NCBI GenBank assembly: GCA_012837435.1
Contig: DURD01000027.1
Span: 12,384 to 76,383, forward strand
Direction: 5' to 3'
Source: Erysipelotrichaceae bacterium
Lineage (GTDB): Bacteria; Bacillota_I; Bacilli_A; RFN20; CAG-826
DNA: 64,000 bases
Shown: piece by piece, positions 19,926-29,308 of the stretch
Layout: each line of letters starts with the position of its first letter
Numbering within the stretch: the stretch's first letter is position 1
Position numbers and translations under genes: made by a program
The notes under the pieces: generated by a model
Database searches by the model: none
Seen by the model: the letters and a program-made list of their open reading frames with translations, nothing else
What the model was told of the DNA's origin: nothing

Positions 19926-20131
19926 ATTGCTATGACACTTAACATCAGTGGTCTGTTTCAATGGACTGCATTTTTAGGTAAAAGTTAAGACAGTAGTAAA
20001 AATCTTACAGTTCTCCAAGTCATTTATATTCAATAGCAAGGCGCAGAGTAAGTGCTATACTATAGTTTAGAAAGGATAAGTTGCTCGGTTGCCAAACTGA
20101 GTTTGGCTGAAGGCAACGGTGCAAATATGTT

Positions 20132-20587
20132 ATGAAGAAACAAATCAAAATTTGTCTTACTTCCGCAGCAGGCGGACATTTTGAGCAATTAACTTGTTTA
20201 AAACCACTGTTAGATATATATGATGGGTTTGTGGTAACTGCTAAAACTAATGTTGATGTGAAAGCAGATTATTTTGTTACTCATACTGGAATTGGAGGCA
20301 AACACCGACTAATAAAAACATTTAAATTATTTAGAGAAGTAGGCAAAATACTCAAGAAAGAAAAACCAGATGTCATAATTACAACTGGAACTTATATTTC
20401 TTTACCATTCATGGTTTATGCAAAACTTCACAAGAAAAAGTTTATATACATAGAGACATTTGCACGAATTACAAATACAACTAGAGCTGGTAAATTTATG
20501 TACAAATATGCTGATTTGTTTATTTATCAATGGGAACCTCTTAAGGCGTTTTATCCCAAAGGTGTCTATGGAGGAAGCATATACTAA
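20132..20587 (+). CDS. Alg14-like glycosyltransferase membrane-anchoring subunit (PssD/Cps14F type)
   Basis: 151 aa, SAAGGHFEQL motif, immediately followed by an Alg13-like gene. Confidence 0.7.
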   Translation: MKKQIKICLTSAAGGHFEQLTCLKPLLDIYDGFVVTAKTNVDVKADYFVTHTGIGGKHRLIKTFKLFREVGKILKKEKPDVIITTGTYISLPFMVYAKLHKKKFIYIETFARITNTTRAGKFMYKYADLFIYQWEPLKAFYPKGVYGGSIY

Positions 20588-20588
20588 T

Positions 20589-21083
20589 ATGATTTTTGTT
20601 TGCTGTGGAACTCAAATGTACCAATTTGACAGATTACTAATACAGTTGGATATCTTAGTTGAAAATGGCATTATCAACGAAGAAATATTTGCCCAAATAG
20701 GTACGTCCAATTATATTCCAAAACACTACAAATTCGAGAAATTTATTTCTCACGACAAATTTGATGAATTGAGGAGAAAAGCTTCCATTATAATTTCTCA
20801 TGGTGGAACAGGGGCTTTAATTGGAGCATCGAAACTTGGAAAAAATATTATTGCAGTCCCTAGGTTAGCTAAATTTGGGGAACATATAGACGATCATCAA
20901 TTGCAAATTGTTGATTTTCTTGATAAGCAAGGCTATATCCGTTCTGTTGTTGATATAGAAAAATTAGGAGAGACTATTATCGAGGCAACAAACAAACCAA
21001 TAACAAAGAAATATGATAGAGAATCAAATGTCTTGAACATCATAATATCTTACATAGAAAAACTCGACAATGAAGAAATATGA
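20589..21083 (+). CDS. Alg13-like glycosyltransferase catalytic subunit (GT28 C-terminal domain; PssE/Cps14G type)
   Basis: The ATG at 20589 (MIFVCCGTQMYQFDRLL) follows the upstream stop directly. HGGTGAL motif. The ORF-track start at 20460 is an artefactual extension. Confidence 0.75.
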   Translation: MIFVCCGTQMYQFDRLLIQLDILVENGIINEEIFAQIGTSNYIPKHYKFEKFISHDKFDELRRKASIIISHGGTGALIGASKLGKNIIAVPRLAKFGEHIDDHQLQIVDFLDKQGYIRSVVDIEKLGETIIEATNKPITKKYDRESNVLNIIISYIEKLDNEEI

Positions 21084-21952
21084 AGACAACAGTTAAAAAA
21101 ATACTACTATTCCCATTGAACTTGATATATTCTGTTAGTCCTAAACTAGCATTAAAAATATTATTTAGAATAAAAAATGGATATAAATTAAATTTTTCTA
21201 ATCCTAAGACTTACAACGAAAAATTACAATGGATTAAAATTAATTACAAAAACAGAATTCTTCCTAAATTAGTAGATAAATTTGCTGTTAGAAAATATAT
21301 TTCAGAAAAATGCCCTGAGTTGTTAAATGATTTATTGTGGGAAGGGTTTGATGCAAAAAAAATTCCGTGGGAAGAACTACCAAACAAGTTTGTCATTAAA
21401 GTTACTCATGGATCTGGCTTTAATATAATTTGTACTGACAAAACAAAACTTGTTTTTAAAAAATGTGAAAAAAAACTAAATCGCTGGCTCAAAGAAAAAT
21501 TTTTAAAATGTTATGGAGAATGGTTTTATGGTGTTGAGAAACCAAGAATAATTATTGAAAAATTTCTTGATGATGGAAGCGGAAAGGCTCCGGTGGATTA
21601 CAAAGTATTATGCTTTTCGGGAAAACCATACTACATCATTGTTGATACCAATCGTTTTGAGAACCACAAGAGAAACGTATATGATTTAGATTGGAATTTG
21701 CTTGATAATGTAACAATGGATTTTCCCAATGATAAAAAAATAGAAAAGCCTAAAGAATTATCCAGAATGTTATATTATTCCGAACTCCTATCTCAAGGAT
21801 TTCCTCATGTCAGGGTTGATTTATACATTGTTAAACAAAAAATCTATTTTGGAGAATTGACTTTTACAAACGGTGCTGGATTTGATCGAATTTTGCCGAG
21901 ACAATTTGATTTAGAGTTAGGCAGTCTTTTGCAACTGCCCGAAGATAAATGA
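21080..21952 (+). CDS. TupA-like ATP-grasp amidoligase
   Basis: NEKLQWIKINY, FVIKVTHGSGFN, DYKVLCFSG and VRVDLY...IYFGELTF match my recollection of the TupA-like ATP-grasp family. Confidence 0.65.
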   Translation: MKTTVKKILLFPLNLIYSVSPKLALKILFRIKNGYKLNFSNPKTYNEKLQWIKINYKNRILPKLVDKFAVRKYISEKCPELLNDLLWEGFDAKKIPWEELPNKFVIKVTHGSGFNIICTDKTKLVFKKCEKKLNRWLKEKFLKCYGEWFYGVEKPRIIIEKFLDDGSGKAPVDYKVLCFSGKPYYIIVDTNRFENHKRNVYDLDWNLLDNVTMDFPNDKKIEKPKELSRMLYYSELLSQGFPHVRVDLYIVKQKIYFGELTFTNGAGFDRILPRQFDLELGSLLQLPEDK

Positions 21953-21956
21953 GACT

Positions 21957-22913
21957 ATGAAAAAAATATCAATAATCATTCCTTGCTATAATTGTGGTGA
22001 ATTCATTCGCGAAACCATTTGTTCAGTAATGAGCGAAAATAACAATAATTTCGAATTAATACTAATTAATGATGGTTCAACTGATAATACTCAAGACATA
22101 CTCGATGAAATTTCGAAGAACAATATTGGTTTGAAAATAATCATATTTTCTCAAGAAAATAAAGGAGTAAGCCATGCTAGAAACAAAGGAATTGAACTAT
22201 CTTCAGGCGAAATAATCGTTTTTTTAGATTCGGATGATATTTTTTCTTTCGGGTATATAGAATACTTGCAAAAATTATTTGAAGACAATGACTTAGACGT
22301 TGTTTGTTGCTATAGAACGAATAGTAGAAACACGTTGTTTAGATATGACAGAGAAACTGTTGTTGGAAAATATGTAAAGCCTGTCGAGTTACTTAAAGAG
22401 TACACATATTCGAAAAGAAATATTGTTTTTCCATGTTTTTCTTACAAAAGCAGTGTTATAAAAAATAATAACTTGTTATTTTCTACAGATTTGCGATATG
22501 GAGAAGATTGGGAGTTTGTTACTAAGGCGCTGTCTCATTGCAATAAAGGATATCAGATAAAGGAAAAAACTTACTGGTATAGAGTATCAGCAAAGTCGGC
22601 ATCGAGAAAAATTACATGGCATCAAACGGATGTGATTGAAGCAGCAAAAAGAAGTTCGGATTATCTTTTGTTGAGAAATAATGAATTTGCGGAAGAGTTT
22701 TCAATATATATGTATAGTAGAAGCCTGTTTTCTGTTTTACATCGTTTCGCATCTTCAAACCAAAACATTTTGTATTGGAAATTGATTAAAGAATATGACG
22801 TTCGCAATTCAATGAACATTATCTTGAAAAGCTCGTCATTTGATTGGAAAACTAAACTCGCAGCATTTGTCTTTATTGTTAGTCCAAAATTATTCTATAG
22901 GGTAGTTAAATAA
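21957..22913 (+). CDS. Family 2 glycosyltransferase
   Basis: IIIPCYNCGEFI, NDGSTDNT and DSDD motifs. Confidence 0.85.
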   Translation: MKKISIIIPCYNCGEFIRETICSVMSENNNNFELILINDGSTDNTQDILDEISKNNIGLKIIIFSQENKGVSHARNKGIELSSGEIIVFLDSDDIFSFGYIEYLQKLFEDNDLDVVCCYRTNSRNTLFRYDRETVVGKYVKPVELLKEYTYSKRNIVFPCFSYKSSVIKNNNLLFSTDLRYGEDWEFVTKALSHCNKGYQIKEKTYWYRVSAKSASRKITWHQTDVIEAAKRSSDYLLLRNNEFAEEFSIYMYSRSLFSVLHRFASSNQNILYWKLIKEYDVRNSMNIILKSSSFDWKTKLAAFVFIVSPKLFYRVVK

Positions 22914-23038
22914 ACATGAAAAGCGGAAATGAACTATTTGTCATATTGAGAAAATTATACTTTTTTGTCTCGTCACATCAAACCAAAGATCTAAATATAT
23001 AAAAAGGCATAAAAAGTTATTTCGCCACATAGGAAATA

Positions 23039-23470
23039 ATGTTCGATGGCAACCTTGCATATTCCCCATCCGAACCAGAGTTAATCTCAATAGGGAACAA
23101 CGTATGGATTACTCAAAATGTTTCTTTTATTACCCATGACCAAACAAGAAATATGTTGAATTTGAAATATGGCGTGGAATTATTCAAACAATATTTTGGT
23201 TGTATTCAAATCGGTGATAGTTGCATGGTTGGTGCAAAGTCTATCATTCTACCAAACGTACGGATTGGTGATAATATAATTATTGGTGCTGGATCTATTG
23301 TGACAAAAGACGTTCCTTCAAACACCGTTGTTGCTGAAGTGTCTGCAAAGCCTATTTGTGATTTTGAGACTTTTGCCAACAAAAGACGCCAAAACAAGGG
23401 CACAACAAGCCCAAAAGAATTATGGAATATTTTTTTAGAAAAAAAGGTTATGAATTATAAGGAGATATAG
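23039..23470 (+). CDS. Hexapeptide-repeat O-acetyltransferase, probably 5'-damaged
   Basis: LbH repeats IGDSCMVGAKSIILPNVRIGDNIIIGAGSIV. The product is only 143 aa. The same frame upstream has stops at 23000 and 23030, preceded by a 28-codon ORF starting at 22916. Confidence 0.6.
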   Translation: MFDGNLAYSPSEPELISIGNNVWITQNVSFITHDQTRNMLNLKYGVELFKQYFGCIQIGDSCMVGAKSIILPNVRIGDNIIIGAGSIVTKDVPSNTVVAEVSAKPICDFETFANKRRQNKGTTSPKELWNIFLEKKVMNYKEI

Positions 23471-23481
23471 TAACGAGACGC

Positions 23482-24687
23482 ATGGACGATATAGTATTTC
23501 TTTCAAGAATTATTCCTGAACATATGAATGAAGTAAAGTTGAACAGAAAAAATACAATGACAGAATCTGGGGAAGCTTTGATGTGGAAAATTATCCGTGG
23601 TTTGGACGCTAATTTAAATCATCCAATTACTCTTATGAATTATTTACCAGTACAATCATATCCGAAAAATTATAACAAACCATTTATTAAGCGATCAATC
23701 TTTTCTCATGCACTAGGAGCTGTCGATATTAATCTCCCTTTCAATAATGTCCAATACATTAAAAGATTATTTATGGGACGTTCTTTGCAAAAAGAAATAA
23801 AAAAATGGGCATCGAAAAAAACAAATCATAGAAAAATACTTATCAGTTATAGTATGTATCCAGAGACTATGAGAGCTATGAAAGTTGCCAAGCGAATTGA
23901 TTCTAAAATTACAACTTGTGTTATCGTTGCCGATTTACCTCAATATACAATTTTGACAAACAAGATAAGTTTTTCTTCTAGAATTTATTTGAGCTGGTTG
24001 AAAAAAAATACATTTAATAAGCTATTGTATATTGATAAATTTGTTCTTTTGACCGAATTTATGTCGGAAAAATTAGTTTCCAATCAAGAATATATTGTTA
24101 TGGAGGGCATATCAACAAATTTTAATCAAAATGTTGTTGGCGATAAAAGGGAAAAAAATATTGTGTATGCAGGCACTCTGAACGAAAAGTTTGGGATTAA
24201 GCATCTTGTCGATGCCTTTTCAAAAGTTCAATCCGAAGAATATAAATTGGTCATTTGTGGCATGGGAGATTCAGAGGACTATATAAAAATGCAATCAAAC
24301 AAAGATTCGAGAATTGTATTTTTAGGTCAATTAGAAAGAATGAAAGCTTTAGAAGTGATATCTACTGCATCGATTATTGTCAATCCGAGATTTGAAAAGG
24401 AAGAGTATACAAAATATAGTTTTCCATCTAAAAACCTCGAAGCATTATCTTCTGGGATTCCTTTCATTGCATATAAGTTAGCAGGTATACCTGAAGAATA
24501 TGATAGTTATATTGTTTATCCAAAAAACGAATCTACTGATGCTTTGACTGATACCATACAAGAAGTGATAAATAATTACGACTATTACTGTGATAGGGCA
24601 AAGAAGGCTGAAGAATGGGTTTCGAAGGAAAAAAATGAAAAAAAACAAGGAAAAAGGATTTTGGATTTGATATATGAAAAAAAATAA
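23482..24687 (+). CDS. GT4-type (group 1) glycosyltransferase
   Basis: C-terminal GT-B region with PSKNLEALSSGIPFIAY (EX7E-like). Confidence 0.7.
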   Translation: MDDIVFLSRIIPEHMNEVKLNRKNTMTESGEALMWKIIRGLDANLNHPITLMNYLPVQSYPKNYNKPFIKRSIFSHALGAVDINLPFNNVQYIKRLFMGRSLQKEIKKWASKKTNHRKILISYSMYPETMRAMKVAKRIDSKITTCVIVADLPQYTILTNKISFSSRIYLSWLKKNTFNKLLYIDKFVLLTEFMSEKLVSNQEYIVMEGISTNFNQNVVGDKREKNIVYAGTLNEKFGIKHLVDAFSKVQSEEYKLVICGMGDSEDYIKMQSNKDSRIVFLGQLERMKALEVISTASIIVNPRFEKEEYTKYSFPSKNLEALSSGIPFIAYKLAGIPEEYDSYIVYPKNESTDALTDTIQEVINNYDYYCDRAKKAEEWVSKEKNEKKQGKRILDLIYEKK

Positions 24688-25924
24688 CGACAAGCTTAAA
24701 AATATAATCTGTTATGTTTTAGTCTTTTCCTATTTATATTTTTCACATGATACGTTGTTGTTTGGAACAAACATCGCGGAGCAATTTATTTTGGTAAGAA
24801 AAGTAGTGCCTTTTTTGACTTTGCTTTTAATTTTATTAATTTTTCATAGAGATTTGGTTTTTACCTACAAAAATATATTCTTCTTAGCTTTGCTCCTTTT
24901 TTTACCAATTGTTTCGTGTTTGGTTAATGCCGAAGAATACCCCAATTATTTGTATAGATTTATTATTATTTTGAATGCAGGTTTACTTGCACTTCTTGAC
25001 AAAAAATACGATGTTGCAGATAAATTCATTAAGGTAATGGTTTTTCTTACTACATGGTCATTAATTACTTTTGTTTTATTTAATGTTTCTCCAAGTTTTG
25101 TCTCAATGTTGCCCCGTTTTGTGAATACCTCTAACAATTATTTTGCTACAACGATTTTTTCCTCCACACCAATTAATCAAAACGTACTATATGGATTTTC
25201 GCGAAATCATGGAATTTTTCGAGAGCCGGGTGTTTTCATGATATTCTTAATTGCAAGTCTTCTTTTTGAATTTAAAAAAACAGGAAAACCAAAACATAGC
25301 AGAATTGTTATTTTTATTTTGGGGCTCTTGTCAACAGGGTCAAGTGCAGGATTGATATCTCTAGTTTTAGTTTTAGTTTATTTGATTTTGTTTAAATTGG
25401 AGTTAAAGCATAAGATGATTTTGTCTATGGTAGTTTTGGTTACGGGCATATTCGCCTATCGATATTTTGGTGAAAGTGCAGTAGCGGCAAAACTTACATA
25501 TGGTTCAAATTCATATGGTTCGTTCTACACACGCTTTATGTCTCTGACTAAAAATCTAAAAATAGCCTTCGAAAATCCATTGTTTGGTTATGGTAGATAT
25601 CGGTTGTATGGAACACAGTTAGCTGCTGATAGAATATACTCAGCAACAGACAATACCAATACATTATTAATAGGTTTTGCTGCATATGGTTTGTTGTTTG
25701 GTTTTGTAACACTTATAGGATTGTTAAAATATTCAGCAATAAATGAGAAGAACATTTTTTCTGCAGTACTAATCTTTTTGATTCTCTTTTTAACCTTTTC
25801 TAATGAGGACATGGGGCAAAATGTGATTTACTATTATATCGTTTTTATAGGTTTGTACTCCAAGTGGAGAATCAACAAAACACAAACCAGTTACAGATAC
25901 AAGAATAAATACAATGAAACATAA
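24674..25924 (+). CDS. Wzy-like polysaccharide polymerase (O-antigen ligase/polymerase family)
   Basis: 416 aa with about 10-12 TM helices and one larger loop, located inside the capsule cassette. Confidence 0.6.
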   Translation: MKKNNDKLKNIICYVLVFSYLYFSHDTLLFGTNIAEQFILVRKVVPFLTLLLILLIFHRDLVFTYKNIFFLALLLFLPIVSCLVNAEEYPNYLYRFIIILNAGLLALLDKKYDVADKFIKVMVFLTTWSLITFVLFNVSPSFVSMLPRFVNTSNNYFATTIFSSTPINQNVLYGFSRNHGIFREPGVFMIFLIASLLFEFKKTGKPKHSRIVIFILGLLSTGSSAGLISLVLVLVYLILFKLELKHKMILSMVVLVTGIFAYRYFGESAVAAKLTYGSNSYGSFYTRFMSLTKNLKIAFENPLFGYGRYRLYGTQLAADRIYSATDNTNTLLIGFAAYGLLFGFVTLIGLLKYSAINEKNIFSAVLIFLILFLTFSNEDMGQNVIYYYIVFIGLYSKWRINKTQTSYRYKNKYNET

Positions 25925-27137
25925 AATCTTAGCTATTAATTTGGGAAATTTTGGCAGTACCGGTGCTATTATGCGTGAAATAAGGAATTTTGCCACTAAA
26001 ACCGGAGAATTTCAAATATACAATTGCTATCCACTATCAAAATATAATCTTAAAATTGAGTCGGACGATATTGTTATATGTGGAGACATCTATAGGAGAA
26101 TTTCTCAACGATTAGGATGGTTAACTGGATTTAACAGTTGTTTTGCATTTTTTTCTACTATAAAACTCATAAAAAAAATTAAAAAAATCAAACCAGATAT
26201 CATTCATTTGCATAATATCCACGGCGGGTATGTTAATATCAAAATGCTATTTAATTTTTTCAAGAAAAATCAAACTAAAATTGTTTGGACGCTACATGAT
26301 TGTTGGAGCTTCACAGGCGGATGCCCTTCTTTTTCTATGATTAAGTGTGAAAAATGGAAAACTCAGTGCAATAATTGTCCCCAACTGAATATTTATCCAG
26401 CTTCGTTAATAGACAACACAAGGTACATGTATTCATTGAAGAAAAAGCTTTTTAATTCAATTTCAAATTCAAATATTGTATACATAGCCCCATCTGTATG
26501 GTTATCGAAACTGTTTAAAAGGTCGTTTTTGAAAAAAAATACTATTCAGATTATTAACAACGGAATTAATTTAAATATATTTAGACCAAAAGAATCTTCC
26601 TTTAGAAAAATGTATAATTTGGAGAATAAATTTATTATTTTGGGGATTGCTTTTGATTGGGGATCGAGAAAAGGATTTGATGTATTTATAGAATTGAGAA
26701 AACAATTAGAGTTTGATAATTTTGCTATTGTTTTAGTTGGAACTAATGACGACCTAGATAAGAACCTGCCAAAAGGCATCATATCCATACATAGGACAAA
26801 GAACCAAAATGAATTAGTGGATGTATATTCAGCCTGTGATTTGTTCCTAAATCCAACAAGGGAAGATAATTTTCCAACTGTTAACATAGAAGCCTTGGCT
26901 TGTGGCGCCCCAGTTATAACGTTTCGTACGGGCGGAAGTCCTGAGATTGTAGATGAAAAAACAGGAGTGGTTGTCGATTGTGATGATATTGAAACCTTAA
27001 GAAAAGAGATAATATACATCTACAACAACAGACCTTATTCAAAGAAAGCCTGTGTGGATAGAGCAAAAAAATTCGATATGAATGACAAAATGCAAGAGTA
27101 TATAGATTTGTACAAGAAAATATGTTTGCAAAAATAG
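25914..27137 (+). CDS. GT4-type (group 1) glycosyltransferase
   Basis: EDNFPTVNIEALACGAPVI (EX7E) motif. Confidence 0.8.
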   Translation: MKHKILAINLGNFGSTGAIMREIRNFATKTGEFQIYNCYPLSKYNLKIESDDIVICGDIYRRISQRLGWLTGFNSCFAFFSTIKLIKKIKKIKPDIIHLHNIHGGYVNIKMLFNFFKKNQTKIVWTLHDCWSFTGGCPSFSMIKCEKWKTQCNNCPQLNIYPASLIDNTRYMYSLKKKLFNSISNSNIVYIAPSVWLSKLFKRSFLKKNTIQIINNGINLNIFRPKESSFRKMYNLENKFIILGIAFDWGSRKGFDVFIELRKQLEFDNFAIVLVGTNDDLDKNLPKGIISIHRTKNQNELVDVYSACDLFLNPTREDNFPTVNIEALACGAPVITFRTGGSPEIVDEKTGVVVDCDDIETLRKEIIYIYNNRPYSKKACVDRAKKFDMNDKMQEYIDLYKKICLQK

Positions 27138-27159
27138 AAAATGAAAAGGAGGAGTTAAT

Positions 27160-28194
27160 ATGAGTCTTTTTACTGGTAAAGTATTACTGATTACTGGCGG
27201 TACTGGATCTTTTGGATATACGGTACTTAAAAGATTTATCAATACTGACATTAAGGAAATTAGAATTTTTTCGAGAGATGAAAAGAAGCAAGATGATTTG
27301 CGTCACGAATTGCAAATTAAATATGGGGAGGCATTTAATAAAGTTAAATTTTATATTGGCGATGTTAGGTGCTTAGAAAGTTGCAAAGAAGCAATGCATG
27401 ATGTTAATTTAGTATTTCATGCTGCTGCCTTAAAACAAGTTCCTTCTTGCGAATTCTTTCCTATGGAAGCCGTGAAAACAAATATTATAGGGACAGACAA
27501 CGTTCTAACAGCTGCTATTGAAGAAGAAGTTGAAACCGTCGTTTGTTTATCCACGGATAAAGCGGCATATCCCATAAACGCAATGGGAATTTCCAAAGCC
27601 ATGGGAGAGAAAATAGCGGTTGCAAAGTCTAGAAATTCAAAGAAAACTAAGATTTGTTGTACTCGATACGGAAACGTTATGTGCTCTCGTGGCTCGGTTA
27701 TCCCGCTTTGGATTGATCAGATTAAAGCAGGAGAACCTATAACTGTTACAGAACCAACAATGACTAGATTTATTATGAGCTTGGATGAAGCGCTAAATTT
27801 AGTTTTGTTTGCTTTTGAACACGGACAAAATGGTGATATTCTCGTTCAAAAGGCACCTGCGACTACTATTATGACTCAAGCTGAAGCTGTATGTGAACTT
27901 TTTGGAGGAAACAAAGACGAAATAAAAATTATAGGCATTAGGCACGGAGAAAAATTATATGAAACGCTTTTGACAAACGAAGAATGCTCGCGTGCGATTG
28001 ACATGGGTAATTTTTATAGGGTCCCAGCTGATAATCGTGGTTTGAATTACGACATATATTTTAGAAAAGGTAATCAAAGCAGAAACCCCTTGACTGAATT
28101 TAGTTCTCGAAATACTAGATTATTGTCTCTTGAAGAAACAAAATCAAAGATTGCTTCGTTGGAGTATGTCCAAAAAAGACTATCGAACAAATAA
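27160..28194 (+). CDS. fnlA: UDP-GlcNAc 4,6-dehydratase/5-epimerase (FnlA/CapE type)
   Basis: ITGGTGSFG. STDKAAYPINAMGISKA carries Met in place of the SDR Tyr, as in CapE. AGGAGG RBS. Confidence 0.85.
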   Translation: MSLFTGKVLLITGGTGSFGYTVLKRFINTDIKEIRIFSRDEKKQDDLRHELQIKYGEAFNKVKFYIGDVRCLESCKEAMHDVNLVFHAAALKQVPSCEFFPMEAVKTNIIGTDNVLTAAIEEEVETVVCLSTDKAAYPINAMGISKAMGEKIAVAKSRNSKKTKICCTRYGNVMCSRGSVIPLWIDQIKAGEPITVTEPTMTRFIMSLDEALNLVLFAFEHGQNGDILVQKAPATTIMTQAEAVCELFGGNKDEIKIIGIRHGEKLYETLLTNEECSRAIDMGNFYRVPADNRGLNYDIYFRKGNQSRNPLTEFSSRNTRLLSLEETKSKIASLEYVQKRLSNK

Positions 28195-28219
28195 CAAGTA
28201 TCAATTGAAGGATGTTTGC

Positions 28220-29308
28220 ATGAATTTTATAGAATTAATTAAAGTTCCAATCAGACCCATAAGAAAGTTTTTTTTAGATTATGTTCTAAAATACAAGACG
28301 GAGAAAGAAATTAAAAAAGGAATCACCAGTTCAAGAAAAAAGATTTACTATATTGGTATTCCAGCACACGCAAATTTAGGCGATTTAGCTCAAGGCATGT
28401 GCATAAGAAGATGGCTAAAAAAGAATTATCCTGAATACTATATTGTTGAAATTGAAACTAACGCCTTGGTAAACACACATCTATCATTAATAAACAGATT
28501 AAAAAATGTGTTCAACAATGAAAGAGATTTTGTTGTATTTCAGAGCGGTTACACAACTACAGATCTTGGTGGACATGCTGATTTAATGCATCAAGCGGTG
28601 ATGAAAGCATTACCAAATGCGCGGATTCTTATGATGCCACAAACTATTTTTTTTAAAACAGAAGAAAGAAAAATGCTTTGCTCTAAAATTTATAATGCAC
28701 AAAAAAACATGCTTTTTTTGGCCAGAGACAGTGTTTCTTATAGTTCTGCAAAAGAAATGTTTCCGGACATAGCGGTTAAATGCTTTCCTGATATTGTTAC
28801 GACACTGATTGGCTATTTTAATTCCAAAAGAAGTAGAGAGGGTATTTGTTTTTGTTTAAGAAATGATAAGGAAAAATTTTTTTCAGATGAGGAACTTCAA
28901 GTCCTAATAGATAGATGCAAAGAAATTGGACGTGTGAATAGAGTAGATACCACAAAGAAGAAAAAAAGAAAAGCAGTAAAGAATGCAGAAAAGTATATTT
29001 TTTTAGAAATCGAAGAATACTCTAAATACAAATTAATGATAACTGATAGGTATCACGGAACAATCTTCTCTCTTGTCGCAGGGACACCGGTGATTGTAAT
29101 TAGAACCACCGATCATAAAGTAACAACAGGTGCAGAGTGGTTCAAAGGCATTTACGATAATCATGTTTTTTTAGCAAAAAATTTAAAAGACGCCTACGAA
29201 ATAGCAAAATCAATTTATGCAAGAGCAGAATATCCTGCTTTGATGCCTTTTTTTGAGAAAGAGTATTACGACAAATTACCCAAGTTATTCGAGGAGACAA
29301 CCAAATAG
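28220..29308 (+). CDS. Polysaccharide pyruvyl transferase
   Basis: ITDRYHGTIFSLVAGTPVIVI motif. The ATG at 28220 is preferred because the ORF-track start at 28130 overlaps fnlA. Confidence 0.75.
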   Translation: MNFIELIKVPIRPIRKFFLDYVLKYKTEKEIKKGITSSRKKIYYIGIPAHANLGDLAQGMCIRRWLKKNYPEYYIVEIETNALVNTHLSLINRLKNVFNNERDFVVFQSGYTTTDLGGHADLMHQAVMKALPNARILMMPQTIFFKTEERKMLCSKIYNAQKNMLFLARDSVSYSSAKEMFPDIAVKCFPDIVTTLIGYFNSKRSREGICFCLRNDKEKFFSDEELQVLIDRCKEIGRVNRVDTTKKKKRKAVKNAEKYIFLEIEEYSKYKLMITDRYHGTIFSLVAGTPVIVIRTTDHKVTTGAEWFKGIYDNHVFLAKNLKDAYEIAKSIYARAEYPALMPFFEKEYYDKLPKLFEETTK

